Positions 59,181-64,000 of a stretch of DNA of 64,000 bases are shown here, in pieces (within the stretch, counting starts at the first letter, position 1; the number at the start of each line of letters is the position of its first letter). The stretch comes from the human T2T-CHM13v2.0 reference genome, Homo sapiens. Position numbers and translations under genes: made by a program. The stretch is from NCBI RefSeq assembly GCF_009914755.1, contig NC_060947.1; one strand, 5' to 3'. Below the pieces are notes generated by a model that was given only the letters and a program-made list of their open reading frames with translations, had not been told where the DNA came from and did no database searches.

Positions 59181-59375
59181 GTAAACACTCTACCCAACAA
59201 CAGAATATGCATTATTTTCAAATGCAAATGTAACGTTTACCAAAATTGACTGTATACTAGGTCCTAAAGCGAGTATCAACACATTTCAAAGGATTCAAAT
59301 TATTCAGAGTATGTTCTCTCACCACAATAAAAGTAAGCCAGAAATCCATAACACAAAGGTGACTAGGAAATTATT

Positions 59376-59734
<359 letters not shown>

Positions 59735-60131
59735 TCAACTATGTGGAAAGTAAGCAACATATTTCTAAATAATGAATGGGTCAGACAGTAAATCACAATG
59801 GAAATTTGAGACCATTTTAACTGAATGATTATGAGCATACAACATTTCAAAACTTCCAGAATCAAGCAATGCTTAAAAGGATATTTATAGCCTCAAAAGC
59901 ATACATTAGAAAAGAAGAAAAGCTGAAAACCAGTAATCTAGTCTTCCATCTCAAGAAGCTAGAAAAAGAATGGCAAATAGATACCAAAAAAGAAGAAAGA
60001 ATGAAATGATAAAAATAAGAAAAATAATTCACTAAAAAATGAACATGCAATCGAAAAAAAACAATAAACACAAAATTGGTTTTCTGAAAACGATAATAAA
60101 TTTTATATCCCTCTAGAAAGATTAATCAAAG

Positions 60132-60456
<325 letters not shown>

Positions 60457-60597
60457 TCACCAATATGAGAATAAAAAAGCTTGCATCACTATAGGTCCTA
60501 TAAATATGAAAAAATAATATCAGAATATAACGAACAAAATTTAAGGCCAATAAACTTGACAATTTGTATGAAATAATGAATTGCTCAAGAAACACAA

Positions 60598-60723
60598 AGC
60601 TGGGCACGGTGGTGCACACCTGTAGTCCCAGCTACTCAGGAGGTTGAGGAAGGAGGATTGCTGAGTACAAGAGTTTAAGTCCAACCTGGGCAAGATAGCA
60701 AGACCTCATATAAAAAATAAAAA
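60598..60723 (+). mobile_element. Free left Alu monomer (FLAM-like)
   Basis: Single ~120-bp arm. Confidence 0.8.
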
Positions 60724-60747
60724 GTGACACAACTTACCACAAGTGAC

Positions 60748-61192
60748 TGCTGTAATCTGAATGTGTCCCCCAAAATTCATATGTTGAAACAATTGCCAAT
60801 GTGATAGTATTAAGAGATGGGGCCTTTAGGATATGATTAACACATGAGGGCAGAGCGCACATTAATGAGATTAATGATTATATAAAAGAGGCTTCAGAGA
60901 GCTGTCTAGCCCTTTCATCTCTTCCATCATGTGAGGACACAGCAACAAGATCTTGCCATCTAGGAAACAGAGAGCAAGCCTTCACCAGACGTCAAATCTG
61001 CTCTAACGGGTGATGTCTGTGAAAATAAATATATAAAAATGAAAAATGAAAAAACAAAAAAGAATAAAAAAATCTGCTGGTGCCTCGATCTTGGACTTCC
61101 CATCTTCCAGAACTGTGAAAAATAAGTTTCTGTTGTTTATAAATTATCCAGTCTAAGGTATTTTGTTATAGCAGCAGGAATGAACTAAGATA
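60748..61192 (+). mobile_element. MaLR solo LTR (MLT1A/MST-like)
   Basis: tgctgtaatctgaatgtgtcccccaaaattc...aactaagata; 5-bp TSD gtgac / ttgac. Confidence 0.87.
61003..61069 (+). other. 67-bp poly(A)-tailed micro-insertion with 9-bp TSD inside the LTR
   Basis: aaatctgct at 60994-61002 and 61070-61078; ctaacgggtgatgtctgtg, AATAAA, degenerate A tail. Confidence 0.7.
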
Positions 61193-61785
61193 TTGACACA
61201 AGAAAAAATAGGAAATCTAGTTATCCATTACATAAATTGAACCACCTTATTAAGCACCTTTCCAAAGAAAACCCCAGAACCTGGATGGCTGTACAAATGA
61301 ATGCTTCTAGAAATCTAAGGAAAAAAAAGAAAGTTAACCTTCACAAACACTTTCAGAAAATAGAAAAAATGAACACATCTAAATTATTTTTGTGAGTCCA
61401 AAATGACATTTTCCTCAAAACCTGACAAGGATTATAAGAAAAGGAAATTACAGAAAATTATGAGCATAGATTCAAAATTCCTAAATACAATATTATCAAA
61501 GAAACCAAGCGCTACATACAAAGAATAATACATCAGAAACAAGATGAATTTATTCTGGGAAGGTAAAAGTTAACATTTTAAAATGAACAAATATATTTAC
61601 AATATAAACAGAAAAAGGAACAAATCTTATGACCATTTTGATAGATGCCAAACAAATTTTAAATACAACATTCATTCATGATTAGAAAAAATACTCATAG
61701 CAAATTAGTAATAGAAAGGAATGCTTTTAATCTTATAAAGTATATCTACAAAAAATCAACATTAAACATCACTTAAGGATGAATT

Positions 61786-62190
61786 TTTATTTATTTTTAA
61801 ATTTTCTTAATTTATATTTTAGGTTTGGGGGTACATGTGAAGGTTTTTTACACAGGTAAATGTGTGTCATGGAGGTTTATTGTACATATTATTTAATCAC
61901 CCAGGTATTAAGCCCAGTACCCAATAGTTATCTTTACTGTTCATCTCCCTCCTCCCGCCCTCCCTCAAGTAGACCCCAGTGTCTGTTGTTTCCTTCTTTG
62001 TGTTCATAAGTTCTTATCATTTAGCTCCCACTTTAAGTAAGAACATGCAGTATTTGATTTTCTGTTTCTGTATTAGTTTGCTAAGGATAATGGCCTCCAG
62101 CTCCATCCATGTTCCTGCAAAATACATGATCTCATTCTTTTTTATGGCTGCATAGTATTCCATGGTTTGGATGTACTGCATTTTCTTTAA
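61786..62190 (-). mobile_element. Older L1PA (PA13-16-like) 3' fragment
   Basis: Antisense L1 terminus; flanks aa(g/t)gatgaatt. Confidence 0.85.
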
Positions 62191-62511
62191 TGATGAATTA
62201 TTCAAACATTGTTTCCTGAGATCTGGAATGAGAAACTGTTATTACCACTTCTGCTCAACATTAAACTTGGTGTCCTAACCAGTGCAATAAGACAGGAAAA
62301 AGCAATAAATAAAGAGTACATGATAGGAAAGAAATAAAACTAGTATTTGTAGACAACATGATTGTACACAAAGAAAATCCAGAATAATCTACAGAAAATC
62401 TATTAAAATTAATGAGCAAATTTAGCAAGGCTGCTAGATAGGTTTATCTTTTTTAAAAAGATCAAGTATACTTCTATATGTCAGCATTAAATAAATATAA
62501 AATGAAAAAAA

Positions 62512-62803
62512 ATTTTTTTTGAGATGGAGTCTCACTCTGTCACCCAGGCTGGAGTACAGTGGCACAATCTTGGCCCACTGCAACCTCTGCCTCCTGGGTT
62601 CAAGCAATTCTCCCTGCCTCAGCCTCCCAAGTAGCTGAGATTACAGGCACCTGCCACCATGCCCAGCTAATTTTTGTATTTTTAGTAGAGACGGGGTTTC
62701 GCCGTGTTGGCCAGGCTGGTCTTGAACTCCTGACCTCAGGTGATCCACCCACCTCAGCCTCCCAAAGTGCTGGGATTACAGGCGTGAGCCACCACACCCA
62801 GCC
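62512..62803 (-). mobile_element. AluSx-like
   Basis: Antisense full Alu. Confidence 0.94.
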
Positions 62804-62844
62804 GAAATTTGTAAGATATCATTTACAATAGTATCAAAAAATCA

Positions 62845-63188
<344 letters not shown>

Positions 63189-63261
63189 TTATTTTTATTA
63201 CGGGATACTATTCAGATAATGAAAAGTAAGGCACAAAGTGGGAAACCATATTTGTAAATTA

Positions 63262-63639
<378 letters not shown>

Positions 63640-63709
63640 GAATTCCTGCAGATAATTAAGAATAGGGCAATCATGTAGAAAAATGGGCAAACAACCTAAA
63701 CAGGCATTT

Positions 63710-64000
63710 CCCTTTTAGCACTGCTTTAGCTACATCCCACAGAGTTTGATATGTTGTCTTTTTATTTTAATTCATTCAAAATAATTTCAAATTTACTTTC
63801 AAATTTCCACTTTGATTCATCGATTGTATAGAAATCTGCTGCTGAATTTTTAAGAGCTTGGAGAGTCTTTTGGGTTTGTTTGTATCTTTCTGGAATTGAT
63901 TTCTACTTTAGTTCTTTATTACAGTCAACGAAAATCTCAATTCTACCAAATGTGTTTTGTTTTTTGACCCAAGATATGGTCTAGCAGGCTTACTTTACAA
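63710..64000 (-). mobile_element. L1M ORF2 fragment, antisense
   Basis: tttagcactgctttagctacatcccacagagtttgatatgttg, the antisense of a NLWD.AKAVL-type motif. Confidence 0.75.

Overview
Primate genomic DNA (catarrhine, probably human, from the AluY/AluS/AluJ and L1PA3-8 content), almost entirely interspersed repeat. I could not support any protein-coding exon, tRNA/rRNA gene or CRISPR array. Every long ORF in the track is a LINE-1 ORF1/ORF2 remnant or an Alu/L1 antisense artefact. Bases ~2.9-28.5 kb are a stack of co-oriented, nested L1s, including one full-length L1MA1-like element with a TSD and two old L1s whose 5' UTRs contain tandem monomer arrays. Bases ~31-40.7 kb are fragmented L1s with two TSD-less L1PA junctions. 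Bases ~40.8-64 kb are a mosaic of about 20 Alus, Tigger3, MADE1, MaLR/ERVL LTRs, MIR, L2 and L3. The most notable items are non-TE sequence sitting inside TEs: a 273-bp poly(A)-tailed orphan retrocopy, an ~860-bp mRNA 3'UTR retrocopy (tentatively PCNP-like), two 51-67 bp poly(A) micro-insertions with TSDs, and a locally templated ~115-bp duplication flanked by a 20-bp direct repeat that later acquired a MADE1. I did not find a convincing new multi-gene biological system. Subfamily labels are from recognition of consensus-like sequence, not from database searches, and boundaries are approximate unless a TSD is given.
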